A stretch of DNA of 64,000 nt from Candidatus Zhuqueibacterota bacterium (GCA_030950365.1 JAUZRQ010000023.1:3235-67234), one strand, 5' to 3'; positions 26,683-38,840 are shown, counted from the stretch's first letter. Program-made: numbers and translations. The notes: generated by a model not told the origin, from the letters alone.

Positions 26683-27477
26683 TTATTTTGGTTCATGTTC
26701 TCTGTATGATTTCGGCAGTGAGAATTGGCTCACCCAGATACTCACCTCATAGAGCACGATCAAAGGCATGGCCAACATCAACTGCGTGAACACATCCGGG
26801 GGTGTTATGATGGCCGCCAACGCAAAAATCATCACAATACTATATCGGCGCTTCTGTCGCATAAATTCAGGCGTCACCAGGCCCATGCGGGTCAGAAAAT
26901 AAGTCAACACCGGCATTTCGAACACGATGCCGAAAGTCAAAATCAACAACGTGACGAATTTCAAATATTCCCGAATGCTGATCTGTGCCACCAGATCGGC
27001 GCTCTGATAGCCGAGCAGAAAATTCAGGCCGTAGCGCAGGACCACTTCGTAACAGAAATAGGCGCCGAGGAAAAAGAAAAACGTCGAAAACGCCACGATG
27101 CGTGGGATGTATTTTTTCTCGTGTTCCAGCAGTCCGGGTGCTACAAATTGCCACATTTGCCACAGCACGTAGGGCAGGCTGATGAAAATGCCGGCAAACA
27201 GGGCCAATTTAATGCGCACCATGAAGCCTTCAGTGGGAGCCAGGAAAATAAGCTGAGCTGTGGCCTCGGCGCCGGAATTGCCAGCAGCTTCCGCATGCAT
27301 GTGCACGGCAGTGCGAAAGGGCTTGAGCAGGAAATCCAGCACATAATCCGAGAAAAAGAAGGCCAGCACCCCCCCCAGCATCACAGCAATGATGCTTCGG
27401 ACCAGTCGCCAGCGCAGTTCCTCGAGATGATCGAGGAACGACATCTCTTTGTCATTGGTTTCAGGTGAATCGCTCAT
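26683..27477 (-). CDS. tatC: twin-arginine translocase subunit TatC
   Basis: 264-aa [17 protein letters not shown] start region, six hydrophobic segments, ITPPDVFTQ motif. ATGA overlap with nrdR. Confidence 0.9.
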   Translation of the reverse strand: MSDSPETNDKEMSFLDHLEELRWRLVRSIIAVMLGGVLAFFFSDYVLDFLLKPFRTAVHMHAEAAGNSGAEATAQLIFLAPTEGFMVRIKLALFAGIFISLPYVLWQMWQFVAPGLLEHEKKYIPRIVAFSTFFFFLGAYFCYEVVLRYGLNFLLGYQSADLVAQISIREYLKFVTLLILTFGIVFEMPVLTYFLTRMGLVTPEFMRQKRRYSIVMIFALAAIITPPDVFTQLMLAMPLIVLYEVSIWVSQFSLPKSYREHEPK

Positions 27478-27944
27478 AATCCTTCGCTTTCTGATCGCCG
27501 GTCCAGCTCCCGCAATTCATGAATAAACTCTTCGATGTCCTGAAATTTTCGGTACACCGAGGCGAAGCGCACGTAGGCAATTTCATCCAGATCGCGCAGT
27601 GCCTGCATCACGCGTTCGCCGATATCCTGTGCCGGCACTTCCATCGGGTGTTCGTCCCTCAGTTGCGATTCAATCCGATCCACGAGATTTTCGATCATCT
27701 CGGTGGAAATCGGCCGTTTGTTGCAGGCCAGTTGGATCCCATGCCGCACTTTTTCACGGTCAAAAATCTCCCGGCGACCGTCGCGCTTGATCACCATCAA
27801 TGGAGATTCTTCCACATACTCTTTGGTGGTGAAGCGCCGACCGCAGGACAGACATTCCCGTCTCCGGCGAATCGACCGCCCCTCGTTCACCGACCGGGAA
27901 TCCAGCACTTTGGTGTCATTGTAACCGCAATAGGGACATTTCAT
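27474..27944 (-). CDS. nrdR: transcriptional repressor NrdR
   Basis: MKCPYCGYNDTKVLDSR....CLSCGRRFTT zinc ribbon followed by an ATP-cone. 156 aa. Confidence 0.95.
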   Translation of the reverse strand: MKCPYCGYNDTKVLDSRSVNEGRSIRRRRECLSCGRRFTTKEYVEESPLMVIKRDGRREIFDREKVRHGIQLACNKRPISTEMIENLVDRIESQLRDEHPMEVPAQDIGERVMQALRDLDEIAYVRFASVYRKFQDIEEFIHELRELDRRSESEGL

Positions 27945-27953
27945 GGGACCGTA

Positions 27954-29255
27954 TCAGGCATTTGGGGGTTCATACAGCGGGAAACGGCTGCACAAGTCCT
28001 GTACCTGACTGCGCACCCGCTCCAGCACGGTCTTGTTTTTGATATCCGACAGCACTTTATCGATGAGAAAGGCGATTTCGCGCATCTCGTCTTCTTTCAT
28101 GCCGCGGGTGGTGAGTGCCGCCGTGCCGATGCGAATACCGCTGGTCACAAAGGGGCTCTGTTCATCGAACGGCACCATATTCTTGTTCACGGTGATGCCA
28201 GCGGCTTCCAGTGCCTCTTCGGCTTCCTTGCCGGTCAGGCCGCGGTTGCGCAAATCCACCAGCATGAGGTGATTATCGGTTCCGCCAGAAACGATGTTGT
28301 AACCGAGATCGATCAATTTCTGCGCCAGGGTCTGGGCGTTTTTGATCACCTGCTTGGAATAATTAACGAAATCCGGCTGCAGCGCTTCCTTAAAGGCCAC
28401 GGCCTTGGCGGCGATCACGTGCATTAGCGGGCCGCCCTGAAAACCCGGAAACACATTGGAATCAATGATTTCTGACCACTTTTTCACCCGTCCCTTGGGC
28501 GTGGTGATGCCGAGATCGTTTTCGGCGTCTTTGCCGACTAGAATCATACCGCCACGCGGGCCGCGCAGGGTTTTGTGCGTGGTCGTGGTCACGGCGTGAC
28601 AATGCGGCAGGGGGCTCTTGAGCAGTTTGGCGGCGATCAATCCTGCCGGATGCGCGATATCGGCCACCAGCCTGGCATTGACCTCGTCGGCAATCTCGCG
28701 AAACGTTTTGTAATCGAACTCGCGTGAGTAGGCGCTGGCGCCGGCAATGATGAGCTTCGGTTTCTCTCGATGGGCGATATCGCGCACCTGATCCATATCG
28801 ATGAGGCCGGTTTCGCGATCCACACCATAAAACACCACCCGGAACAGCCGGCCGGAAAAGTTCACCGGGCTGCCGTGGGTCAGATGCCCGCCATGCGCCA
28901 GGTTCATCCCCAGAATGGTATCGCCCGGATTGATGAAGGCAAAATAGGTAGCAATATTGGCCTGCGACCCGGAATGCGGCTGCACGTTGACGTGCTCGGC
29001 ATCGAAAAGCTGTTTCGCCCGTTCCCGGGCCAACTCTTCCACCACATCCACATATTCGCAGCCGCCGTAATACCGTTTGCCCGGGTATCCCTCGGCGTAT
29101 TTATTGGTCATCACCTGGCCCATGGCCTCCAAAACGGCCGGGCTGACGAAATTTTCCGAAGCAATCAGCTCGAGTTTATCGTTCTGTCGCCTGATTTCAT
29201 GGATAATCGCCTCATGCACCTCGGGATCGGTCATGGATAGCTGTTTCACGATCAA
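27954..29255 (-). CDS. glyA: serine hydroxymethyltransferase
   Basis: [22 protein letters not shown] and the [17 protein letters not shown]-lysine motif. The start is ambiguous: TTG at 29255 abuts the GAGAGG SD, while GTG at 29249 has better spacing. Confidence 0.93.
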   Translation of the reverse strand: MIVKQLSMTDPEVHEAIIHEIRRQNDKLELIASENFVSPAVLEAMGQVMTNKYAEGYPGKRYYGGCEYVDVVEELARERAKQLFDAEHVNVQPHSGSQANIATYFAFINPGDTILGMNLAHGGHLTHGSPVNFSGRLFRVVFYGVDRETGLIDMDQVRDIAHREKPKLIIAGASAYSREFDYKTFREIADEVNARLVADIAHPAGLIAAKLLKSPLPHCHAVTTTTHKTLRGPRGGMILVGKDAENDLGITTPKGRVKKWSEIIDSNVFPGFQGGPLMHVIAAKAVAFKEALQPDFVNYSKQVIKNAQTLAQKLIDLGYNIVSGGTDNHLMLVDLRNRGLTGKEAEEALEAAGITVNKNMVPFDEQSPFVTSGIRIGTAALTTRGMKEDEMREIAFLIDKVLSDIKNKTVLERVRSQVQDLCSRFPLYEPPNA

Positions 29256-29428
29256 CCTCTCATGGTTTCAACCCATCTCAACTCATAAAATATGCGTATC
29301 TCCGCACCGCAGGTCAGGCGGCTCCATCTCGTATCCATTGGATGCACAGGTTGCTAATTTGAAGAACAAGATGGTCCCATTTGGGGCGGTGTAAGTCTCT
29401 GTTGGAAACGGTCTGTTTTTAAACAGAA

Positions 29429-29468
29429 ATGTGCCCGGCACCAACCGGGCACATGTTCTTTTTTATTT
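29429..29468 (-). terminator. bidirectional-type terminator hairpin downstream of the TPR gene
   Basis: 10-bp perfect stem atgtgcccgg / ccgggcacat (29429-29454). The minus strand continues TTTCTGTTT. The plus strand continues GTTCTTTTTTATTT. Confidence 0.6.
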
Positions 29469-29501
29469 GGGATGGTCAATGATTTGATATGCAACAGCTA
29501 A

Positions 29502-30770
29502 TTAATAAATCCAGCTATAGCATGGATCTGTGGGTTTGGTCTTTCCCTTATTCATGAAATAATCGGCCTGCGTTGGCAAAATGGGTTCCAGTGATCGCAT
29601 CCGGGATTCGGCTTCCTGTTTGAATTCAATGTCGCTCAGCGCTTTCTTGAACGTATCGTATGCCAGCTTGGCCACCAGTTTGTCGTCAAAGCTGTAGTCG
29701 CGGCCGGCTTTCTTCTTGCAGTCTTCCACGGTCTGCTCATAGATCCGTCCGAGCACGATATACCCAAAGCCATAGCTCTTGTCCATGCGGATGGCGCGTT
29801 TGGCCCAATTGCGCGCCGTCTTAAACTGTCTCAGACGCATGTAATTGTAGGCGATGTTGGCCACGGCCCGGACATTGTTCGGATCGATTTTCAGGATATT
29901 TTTATATTCCTGCAGGGCGTCGCGGAATCGTTCCTGCCTCTGATAAACCCGCGCCAGGTCTTCACGAATAACGATATCATTCGGATCAAGCGTGAGGTAG
30001 TACTTCAGCTTTTCTTCCGCTTTCTGCCAGTCTTTCGCTCTCATGTAAGCGCGCGCCAGATCGAACACGAGCTGCTTGTTGTCGGGAGTTTTCTGGAGCG
30101 CCTCTTCCATTTGTTGCAGGGCGGCTTCTTCATCGCCGGTTTCGCGCAGCAAGGCGGTTAAAACCGTACGTGCTTCGGCATCATTGGGATCCAGCTCGAT
30201 GATCTTCTGATAGGCCCGAATCGCGTCTTCCGTCATGTCGTTTTTGGCGTACAGCGGGGCGAGCCGTTTCCAGTCCGAAAGGCTGTTGGGTTTAAGTTCA
30301 ACCACTTTTTCATAATATTTGATCGCGGCCTCCTCGTCGCCTTTGCTCATGGCGATATAACCGAGACTGCGATTCAGGAACACATTGTCCGGGAAGACCT
30401 CCAGACCGAGTTTATACACCATTTCGGCGGAATCGACTTTGCCCAGCTCGAAGTAGGTCTGTCCCAGAAAGGTGTACACATCTTTGAACCGGTGTTCTTT
30501 GTCCAGTTCAATAACTTTCCAGAAATACGGGGCCACCCGATCAAACTCTTTGTTCTTGTAGTTTTCGCGGCCAAGGCTCCAGTTTTTAGCGACTTCAAAT
30601 TTGCGGATCGAATCCTGACGCGCTTTTTCGCGAGCTCGCATCGCGGCTTCTTCTTCGGGGCTAATTTGGGGTGCGGTGGCGCATCCATAATAGGCAACCC
30701 ACGCGAATACCAGAAAGCCCAGAACATGCGCAACAAAAGGAAAGATTTGCCGCTTTTTCAAACCTTTCAC
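29502..30770 (-). CDS. TPR-repeat lipoprotein
   Basis: 422-aa ORF. GTG start at 30770 with GGAGGG 6 nt upstream. Lipobox-like AYYGC. Multiple 34-aa A/Y/L-patterned repeats (AIKYYEKVVELKPN, AIRAYQKIIELDPND, ...). Confidence 0.8.
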   Translation of the reverse strand: MKGLKKRQIFPFVAHVLGFLVFAWVAYYGCATAPQISPEEEAAMRAREKARQDSIRKFEVAKNWSLGRENYKNKEFDRVAPYFWKVIELDKEHRFKDVYTFLGQTYFELGKVDSAEMVYKLGLEVFPDNVFLNRSLGYIAMSKGDEEAAIKYYEKVVELKPNSLSDWKRLAPLYAKNDMTEDAIRAYQKIIELDPNDAEARTVLTALLRETGDEEAALQQMEEALQKTPDNKQLVFDLARAYMRAKDWQKAEEKLKYYLTLDPNDIVIREDLARVYQRQERFRDALQEYKNILKIDPNNVRAVANIAYNYMRLRQFKTARNWAKRAIRMDKSYGFGYIVLGRIYEQTVEDCKKKAGRDYSFDDKLVAKLAYDTFKKALSDIEFKQEAESRMRSLEPILPTQADYFMNKGKTKPTDPCYSWIY

Positions 30771-30921
30771 TTTTATCCCTCCTCAAAAATTCGGTTTCAA
30801 TTTGAAAACAAGAGTTTCAAGAATGAAATTATAGTCAATTTGTCAAGAAAAATCAAGTAAAAGAATCCCTCTTTAAGGTCATTCAAGCCACTCTGAATAG
30901 CTTTTGTATTTTTTAATTATG

Positions 30922-32133
30922 CTACCGTTCGAACCATTTTTCGCCGCTGGTGATGCCCACCACCATACGAAAGACTTTTTCCTCAGCAAAGTTTTTTTCC
31001 AAGGTGCCGCGCCGGCCAAATTCGATGCCAAAATCGATTTTACTGCGGTAAAAATAGTACGGCATCGTGAAACCAAAAGTTACGACCTGCTCCTGTACTT
31101 CATGGCCCAGATCATCCAGATAGGGCAGATTGCTGCTGCGGTAGCCCACGCGGTAGCTCATGCGCCGGAAAATGCCCTCGTTCTGATCAGTGCTCGGGGT
31201 GAATTCTACGCCAAAGGCAGCCACCATCACGTCGGTGGTTCTGGCGCCAAAAATGTTCGCCGTGTCGATGGCGCTCCATTTTTGCATGTACACATCCGCT
31301 GCCAGCAGCCACTTGTTCGATGGATAAAAGCTGACGCCAATACCCTGACTCAGCGGCAATTTCAGCGTGCCTTCGGCAATATCGGTACCGGGACCAAAGG
31401 CGAAATTCACATTGGTGGTGTAATTTAGGTTTGTCGGTAACGACACCACAGCGCCAACGTTCAATGAACGCAGCGGCCGGAGCACTACCCCGGCGCTTGC
31501 ACCGAGGCCGCGCATGTAATACGCAAAGCTATCGCGCGTATTCCGAAAACCGACGGTCTCAATCTCCAGCTTCCAGATGCGCTCGATGCGACCGAAATAG
31601 ACATCCAAGCCCAGGCCAAACACCAATCGCGATCCGATACTCCCACCGAGCCGCAGGAATCCATGCGTGAGCGCGCCTTTCCCTTCAAGGATTTGCTCGC
31701 CTTGATAGGCCGGTGTTTTGACCTGGCCCGTGAGGCTATAAGCCACCTGTGTGTAAGGTATCAATCCCAGGCCGATGCCCCATCCCTGCTTGACGGGGAT
31801 GGCCACCTGAAAGCTGAAAAAATTGGAGTTGGAAAACTCGCCGGTCTGATCGCTGAGTTTGATGCGATTGCTCTCCATCAACCCGCTGCCATCGAACCGG
31901 GTGATGGAATAAAAGCTCAGCGCTGCCGGATTCAAGTAATGCAAAGTGGAACGGTCCAGTGAGGCGATGCCCGCTCCACCCATGCCCACCGCACTGATGG
32001 TGGTCGTATAACGGGGTAAACCGATGCCGTTGCGTGAATAGATCGAATTGCCAGCCAGCGTTTGCGTTGTTAGACTCAACAAAAGCAGACCGCCGGTTAG
32101 CGAAAATGTTGCAAGGTTTTGTTTCATTCTCAT
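30922..32133 (-). CDS. outer-membrane beta-barrel protein (FadL/PorV-like by motif)
   Basis: 403-aa ORF with signal peptide ending TLAGNS. AVGMGGAGIASLD...LNPAAL near the N-terminus. Alternating beta-strand pattern throughout. ATGA overlap with the upstream lipoprotein gene. Confidence 0.65.
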   Translation of the reverse strand: MRMKQNLATFSLTGGLLLLSLTTQTLAGNSIYSRNGIGLPRYTTTISAVGMGGAGIASLDRSTLHYLNPAALSFYSITRFDGSGLMESNRIKLSDQTGEFSNSNFFSFQVAIPVKQGWGIGLGLIPYTQVAYSLTGQVKTPAYQGEQILEGKGALTHGFLRLGGSIGSRLVFGLGLDVYFGRIERIWKLEIETVGFRNTRDSFAYYMRGLGASAGVVLRPLRSLNVGAVVSLPTNLNYTTNVNFAFGPGTDIAEGTLKLPLSQGIGVSFYPSNKWLLAADVYMQKWSAIDTANIFGARTTDVMVAAFGVEFTPSTDQNEGIFRRMSYRVGYRSSNLPYLDDLGHEVQEQVVTFGFTMPYYFYRSKIDFGIEFGRRGTLEKNFAEEKVFRMVVGITSGEKWFER

Positions 32134-33287
32134 TCACCCGAGTGTACGTCTGCAGGAACGGTGTAGTAAACTTTGATATATGGCGCTTTAGTGGAATCCA
32201 TTTTGGTGCTGTAAAACGCCACGCGATACAATTCGCGTTCAGGGCGGCGGCTGGTCAACAGCATGCCAAAATTGTCATGCAGCCCGAAAGTCCAATTTTG
32301 CACCTGTTCGGTAATATCGAGGCCGAGGGTTCGGGTGCTGCTCAAAGCCACGCCGCCGGTGGAATTAACGGCATTGGCCGAATCCAGTGGCGCATTGATC
32401 GGATCGGTGCTCGCCTCGGTCAGCCGGTAAATATCGAATACATGACCATCGGATTCGCTCAAAAACGTTCTGGCGCTATCAATAGTCAGGTAAAGTTGGG
32501 CACGGTTGATGGTGGCAAATTTGGGAATCGATGACAGATCGAATTTCAGCAATGTGCGGTAATCGTCGCCATCGCTGACATATAGCGGCCCCTCTGGTAA
32601 AGGCGCCGTCTCTTCGAAAATGAAGGCGTCCGCCGATGGGGAGAATTCTGCCAGCAAGGTGGTATCGTTGCCAATTTTGCGATAACTCACCCGCAGGAAA
32701 GGCTGATTCTGAATCGAATTGACCGAATAGAATTGCTTCAGGAACGCGCCCTGTTCGATTTTGATGTAAATGCCGTAATTTTCAACAGTCGAATCGATCC
32801 AGGAGGTCACCAGTTGCGGGTCGAGATTGAACACCACCGTGTCGGTATCGGCCGGCACTATAGTAGCCTCGGCGATGACCCGGGGATCGAACTGATTGGC
32901 AAAGGTCTCGAAGGTCACCTCCGATTCCTGCCAGTCCTGCAACACCCGGTGTGCCGTGGCGCGGATTTCACCGACCGTATCGCCCAAACTGGAAAAGGTG
33001 ATCAAATGAAATTCCGCCGATTCGACTACGCTGCTGTCCGGCAATTTGTCGAATTTAACCAAAAAGGAAGCGCGCTTGTTATCCGCCTGGCCCAGAAGCA
33101 GCAGCGGGCTGTCACCGGTGTTCAGCGGCCGACCGGCGGTGTTTTCCAATTCCGCGTGCCGGACGATCAGGGAATCGATTTTGCCAACTTTGTTCGAATT
33201 TTCAATATCAAGGGGGGTTTGCTGAATGCATGCCACAAACAACACCAACAAACTCAAAACCAGAATCGTCAGTTCTCGTTTAATCAT
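32130..33287 (-). CDS. surface lipoprotein with two tandem DNRLRE-like beta-sandwich repeats (tentative)
   Basis: ORF 32130-33485 trimmed to ATG 33287 ([20 protein letters not shown] lipobox). Two internally similar halves: ASFLVKFDKLPDSSVVESAEFHL...WQESEVTF and RTLLKFDLSSIPKFATINRAQLYL. The family call comes from memory of the motif only. Confidence 0.55.
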   Translation of the reverse strand: MIKRELTILVLSLLVLFVACIQQTPLDIENSNKVGKIDSLIVRHAELENTAGRPLNTGDSPLLLLGQADNKRASFLVKFDKLPDSSVVESAEFHLITFSSLGDTVGEIRATAHRVLQDWQESEVTFETFANQFDPRVIAEATIVPADTDTVVFNLDPQLVTSWIDSTVENYGIYIKIEQGAFLKQFYSVNSIQNQPFLRVSYRKIGNDTTLLAEFSPSADAFIFEETAPLPEGPLYVSDGDDYRTLLKFDLSSIPKFATINRAQLYLTIDSARTFLSESDGHVFDIYRLTEASTDPINAPLDSANAVNSTGGVALSSTRTLGLDITEQVQNWTFGLHDNFGMLLTSRRPERELYRVAFYSTKMDSTKAPYIKVYYTVPADVHSGE

Positions 33288-34553
33288 CGTCCTCCACGCC
33301 ACTCTTTGGATGGGTTGCAGTTTCGTGAATCCGTTCGCCTCTTTTGAAGACCTGCCAGACGTGATTGATGCCGAAATGGTACGGTAGCTCCGACAGCGAT
33401 TCCGCATGCCAGATGACAAAGTCCGCCTGTTTGCCGGCCTCGAGACTGCCAACGCGGTGCTGCATATCAATGGCCATGGCCGCATGCAGGGTTGCCGCGG
33501 TTAACGCCTCGGCCGGCGTCATTTTCAATTGCAGCGCCGCCAGAGTCAATATCAGTTGCATGTTTTCGCACATGCAGGTGCCCGGGTTGAAATCCGTGGC
33601 CAGGGCCACCGGCAGTCCGGAGGCGATCATCCGCCGCGCCGGACCGTACAGGCTGCTCGACAGAAAGAAATCGGCGCCCGGCAGCATCACCGGCACCACT
33701 CCGGCCTCCTGCAGCCGCCCGTCCATTTCCGGCGGCGTGTACTCGAGGTGGTCGGCCGACACCGCCTGCACTTCGGCTGCCACTTCGGCTCCGCCGTTGT
33801 CGGTCAACTGATCGGCATGAATCTTGGGCCGCAGGCCGTAGTCCTTGCCTGCCAGCAGAATTCGGCGCGCCTCGGCCGCCGTGAACACATGGTCTTCACA
33901 AAAAATATCGATAAACCGCGCCAGCCGGCCCTCGGCCACGCGCGGCAACATGTCTTTTATCACCAGCTCGATGTACTGCTCGCGGCGATCGCGGTATTCA
34001 TCCGGAATTTCGTGCGCGCCCAAAAACGTCGGCACGATGTCGATGGGATGCTGCCGCGACAGGGCCTGCAGCACTTCCAGCGATTTCAGCTCATCCTCCA
34101 CCGACAGGCCGTAGCCGCTTTTCGCCTCGATGGTGGTGGTGCCATGCGCGATAAAACTGTCCAGACGCGGCAGCAGTTTTAGCACCAGTTCTTCTTTGCT
34201 GGTCTGGCGTAGGTCGCGCACGCTGAAACGGATGCCACCACCCGCGTGGGAAATTTCCACATACGTTGCGCCTTTGATGCGCAGCTCGAATTCATGCGCA
34301 CGGTGCCGGCCGAACACCGGATGTGTGTGGCAATCCACAAATCCCGGCGTCACCAGACGGTTTTGCGCATCGATCATCGTGGCCTTCGTTGCCTCCGCGG
34401 GTAGTTCCGCCTGCACGCCGATCCAGCGGATGCACCCTGCGTCAATCCACATGGCGCCGGGCGAGTATTCCGCCATGCGCCACAGTTCACCCTCGCCGGT
34501 CACCGGCGTGACGATGCGCGCATTTTTGACCACCACGCTGTCGGTTCCCTTGC

Positions 34554-34557
<4 letters not shown>
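33280..34557 (-). CDS. hutI: imidazolonepropionase
   Basis: ORF 33280-34776 trimmed to ATG 34557, which forms an ATGA overlap with the hutU stop; the upstream extension is Arg/Gly-rich junk overlapping hut[25 protein letters not shown] and DHLE motifs. Confidence 0.9.
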
Positions 34558-36215
<1,658 letters not shown>

Positions 36216-36496
36216 GATTGAACCTGTCTATTCCGGCTAACTGGCATTTTGAAACAGTGATTAATATAAAAAGAAAACCCGGGGAAACAAAGCGGAATTT
36301 CCGGACGCTTTTTGCCACTCGTGGCCATGCTCGTCATTCTATTTTTAATGGGAACCTGGCTTGACGAAAAATATCACAATTTCATTGCACGGGAGAGACC
36401 GGGAATGAAATTCCGGCCTATCATTGCTTTCCATCGAATCGCCGTTGTGGGCCGGCTAAAAACAGAATACCGATTGAGACGATACCGCCCGGGAGG

Positions 36497-36985
36497 CTAA
36501 ATTTTCACGGTCTCGGCCCGTCGTGCGGCGGTATCGTACATCACAAATGAGGGGTTGCCGAACCGCCCCATGACCTCGCCGGGATTGATGAAATCGCATT
36601 CGTCGATGCGGTCGATCTTGTGAATATGGTTATGGCCATAAAACACCACATCGTACCGGCCGCTGGCCGCAATCGGCTCGGCAATTTCCGGATAGTGATT
36701 CACGGCGATTTTCAGCCCGCCGAGATCCAGTTCGGCAAACTCGCCGTGCAAGGTAACGTGATCGAAACCAGCGGCGATGTTGGAGAGCAGGAATTTGTCC
36801 CCATCATTATTGCCGAAGACTACATGGATGGGCTTTTCAAATCCCTCGGCGATTTGTTTCAATGTGAAGGGAGCGCAAAAATCACCGCAAAAAATCAAAA
36901 TATTGGCCTGACGCGCTTTCTTGAGCGCTTTTTCCAGATTCCAAATATTGTCATGCACATCGGACATCACGGCGATCTTCATCAT
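36497..36985 (-). CDS. YfcE/MJ0936-type metallophosphoesterase
   Basis: ORF 36497-37258 trimmed to ATG 36985, which has AAGGAGGG 1 nt upstream. MMKIAVMSDVHDN, GDF, GNNDGD and GHNH motifs. 162 aa. Confidence 0.85.
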   Translation of the reverse strand: MMKIAVMSDVHDNIWNLEKALKKARQANILIFCGDFCAPFTLKQIAEGFEKPIHVVFGNNDGDKFLLSNIAAGFDHVTLHGEFAELDLGGLKIAVNHYPEIAEPIAASGRYDVVFYGHNHIHKIDRIDECDFINPGEVMGRFGNPSFVMYDTAARRAETVKI

Positions 36986-37134
36986 GCCCTCCTTTCTGCA
37001 GTGGCCTGCAGGGTTGGATGGTGAATGTATGGTTGATGATATGGTGTTCCAGTCGTCCGAGCTTGGTGGTTTCGATATCGCAGGCAGGATTGGGGCACCT
37101 GCCAGCCTGAGAGCTCCATTCAGCAATCCGTGGC

Positions 37135-37150
37135 AATCCGCGTCATCCGT
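37135..37150 (+). repeat. fragment of repeat module 2
   Basis: aatccgcgtcatccgt is an exact 16-mer match to module 2 at 1097-1112. It is preceded by a related gcaatccgtggc iteration. Confidence 0.6.
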
Positions 37151-37201
37151 AGGGGCCCTAATGCTTGCAGGGATTGCGCCCCTGCCAGCGTGGCTATCAA
37201 C

Positions 37202-37240
37202 AAAAAAGCCAGAAAAGCAAGTTTGCCTTTCTGGCTTTGG
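37202..37240 (-). terminator. rho-independent terminator after rplQ (end of alpha operon)
   Basis: Minus strand reads AGCCAGAAA...TTTCTGGCT (9-bp stem) followed by TTTTTTG, ~30 nt after the stop at 37268. Confidence 0.85.
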
Positions 37241-37267
37241 TTGTTTTCCATTGTTCACCGCAAAGAT

Positions 37268-37732
37268 TTATTCTTCAGGAGTCTCTTCCTGTTTGGCTTC
37301 GGCTTCTTCGGCTTTCCGACGTTTACGCTCGGCGCGTTTTTCCTGCGCCTCCTGCTGTTTTTCAATCTGCACGCCTTCATAACCGACCAGCTCCAGAATA
37401 GCCATTTCCGCGCCATCGCCTTTACGTCGACCCAGCTTGATCACGCGCGTATAGCCGCCATTGCGGTTTTCGTACCGCGGAGCAATTTCGTCGAAAAGCA
37501 ATTTGACGATTTTGCGGTGCGGGATAAACCGGTACACCCGACGCCGCGCTGCCACATCACCGCGCTTACCGAAAGTAATCATGCGCTCGGCCCACCGGCG
37601 CGCTTCTTTCGCCTTCGCTACCGTGGTGCGGATCTGCTTGTGCTCGAACAGCGCCGCCACCAGATTCGACAGCAGCGCCTTGCGATGGCTGACCGTTCTG
37701 CCGAGTTTTTTATGATCTTTTGCGTGTCTCAT
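37268..37732 (-). CDS. rplQ: 50S ribosomal protein L17 (with Lys/Glu-rich C-terminal tail)
   Basis: MRHAKDHKKLGRTVSHRKALLSNL... Follows rpoA as in alpha operons. Confidence 0.97.
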   Translation of the reverse strand: MRHAKDHKKLGRTVSHRKALLSNLVAALFEHKQIRTTVAKAKEARRWAERMITFGKRGDVAARRRVYRFIPHRKIVKLLFDEIAPRYENRNGGYTRVIKLGRRKGDGAEMAILELVGYEGVQIEKQQEAQEKRAERKRRKAEEAEAKQEETPEE

Positions 37733-37759
37733 TGCTCTCGATTCCTTTCAAAAAACCGC

Positions 37760-38743
37760 TTAATCTTCTTCTCTCAAATATTTGTCAACATCGAATCCAA
37801 AGTGCAAACCTTTCTCTTCTAGAATCTGCGTCAGTTCCTGCAGAGACTTACGGCCAAAATTGCGGAATTTCAGCATTTCCTGCTCGTCCCTGCGCACCAA
37901 ATCGGCGATAGTTTTGATATTCGCCGCCATCAGGCAGTTGTGCGAGCGCACCGAAAGTTCCAGCTCATCCACCGGCATCTTCAGCAACTTGCGGATGCGC
38001 AAGACCTCCTCATCTACCTCTTTCGGCTCTTCCTCTTCCGGCTCGATATCGAAGTTGATGAACAACTGGATGTGTTCCATCAAAATCTTACCGGCATACG
38101 TCAGCGCGTCATCCGGGGTAATGCTGCCATCGGTGGTAATTTCGAGAATTAGTTTTTCATAGTCCGTACGTTGCCCGACCCGCGTATTTTCCACAGTGTA
38201 TGCCACGTTTTTGATTGGCGTATAAATGGAATCTAGCGGAATCGTGCCAATCGGCATATCCGGATACTTGTTTTCCTCCGCCGGCACATATCCATGTCCG
38301 CGGCCAATTCGTAGCTCCATGCGGAAATTGGCGTCTTCATCAAGCGTCGCTATATGATGCTCCGGGTTCAGAATTTCAAAGTCGGTCGTTCCGTTCTGCA
38401 AATCTCCTGCACGCAATTCACCAGGTCCTTTGGCTTCAATCACCACCTTATCCGGTTTTTTGCTGATCAATTTAAAGCGCACTTCCTTCAAATTGAGGAT
38501 GATCTCGGATACGTCTTCCACCACACCAGGAATGGTTGAAAATTCGTGCTGAATACCATCAATCCGGATGGAAGTGATGGCGGCCCCGGGCAGAGAGGAA
38601 AGCAGCACCCGTCGCAATGCATTGCCGATGGTGGTTCCGAATCCGCGCTCCAGGGGTTGGACTATGAACCGGCCAAATGTGGTTGAATAAGTGGCTTCGT
38701 CTAATTCAACCTTGTCTGGCATTTGGAAATTAGGCCAACTCAT
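37760..38743 (-). CDS. rpoA: DNA-directed RNA polymerase subunit alpha
   Basis: 327 aa. FGRFIVQPLERGFGTTIGNALRRVLLSSLPGAA. C-terminal domain ELELSVRSHNCLMAANI. Confidence 0.97.
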   Translation of the reverse strand: MSWPNFQMPDKVELDEATYSTTFGRFIVQPLERGFGTTIGNALRRVLLSSLPGAAITSIRIDGIQHEFSTIPGVVEDVSEIILNLKEVRFKLISKKPDKVVIEAKGPGELRAGDLQNGTTDFEILNPEHHIATLDEDANFRMELRIGRGHGYVPAEENKYPDMPIGTIPLDSIYTPIKNVAYTVENTRVGQRTDYEKLILEITTDGSITPDDALTYAGKILMEHIQLFINFDIEPEEEEPKEVDEEVLRIRKLLKMPVDELELSVRSHNCLMAANIKTIADLVRRDEQEMLKFRNFGRKSLQELTQILEEKGLHFGFDVDKYLREED

Positions 38744-38796
38744 AGAATTTCTCCATAATTGATATATTTATCAGCAATCGATCCTAATTTAAAAAA

Positions 38797-38833
38797 CACT
38801 CCGCGGCCGACTGATTTGGCCTTGGTCCGGCCG
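38797..38833 (-). promoter_or_regulatory. GC-rich hairpin plus T-tract between rpsD and rpoA (possible attenuator)
   Basis: CGGCCG (38804-38809) pairs with CGGCCG (38828-38833). On the minus strand TGTTTTTT follows, but only after a 7-nt spacer. Confidence 0.3.
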
Positions 38834-38840
38834 TATTCCA

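Noticed and set aside
29256-29428. ZTP (pfl) or folate-type riboswitch in the glyA leader, and an SRP-RNA-like string gcaggtcaggcgg at ~29309-29321
   Set aside because: The leader has ccgcctgacc, but it lacks the conserved ACUGGCG and CCGCCUGGGC elements of ZTP as I remember them. The SRP-like string lacks the GGAAGCAGC partner. Both are chance resemblances until a covariance-model scan says otherwise.
36986-37258. N-terminal extensions offered by the ORF track: 36986-37258 (phosphoesterase), 34558-34776 (hutI), 33288-33485 (lipoprotein), 49405-49545 (rpsC), 46171-46305 (rpsH), 3781-3864 (M14-A)
   Set aside because: The extensions overlap upstream genes or repeats and are Arg/Gly/Pro-rich. 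In each case a downstream start restores the canonical family N-terminus or signal peptide and has a good SD.
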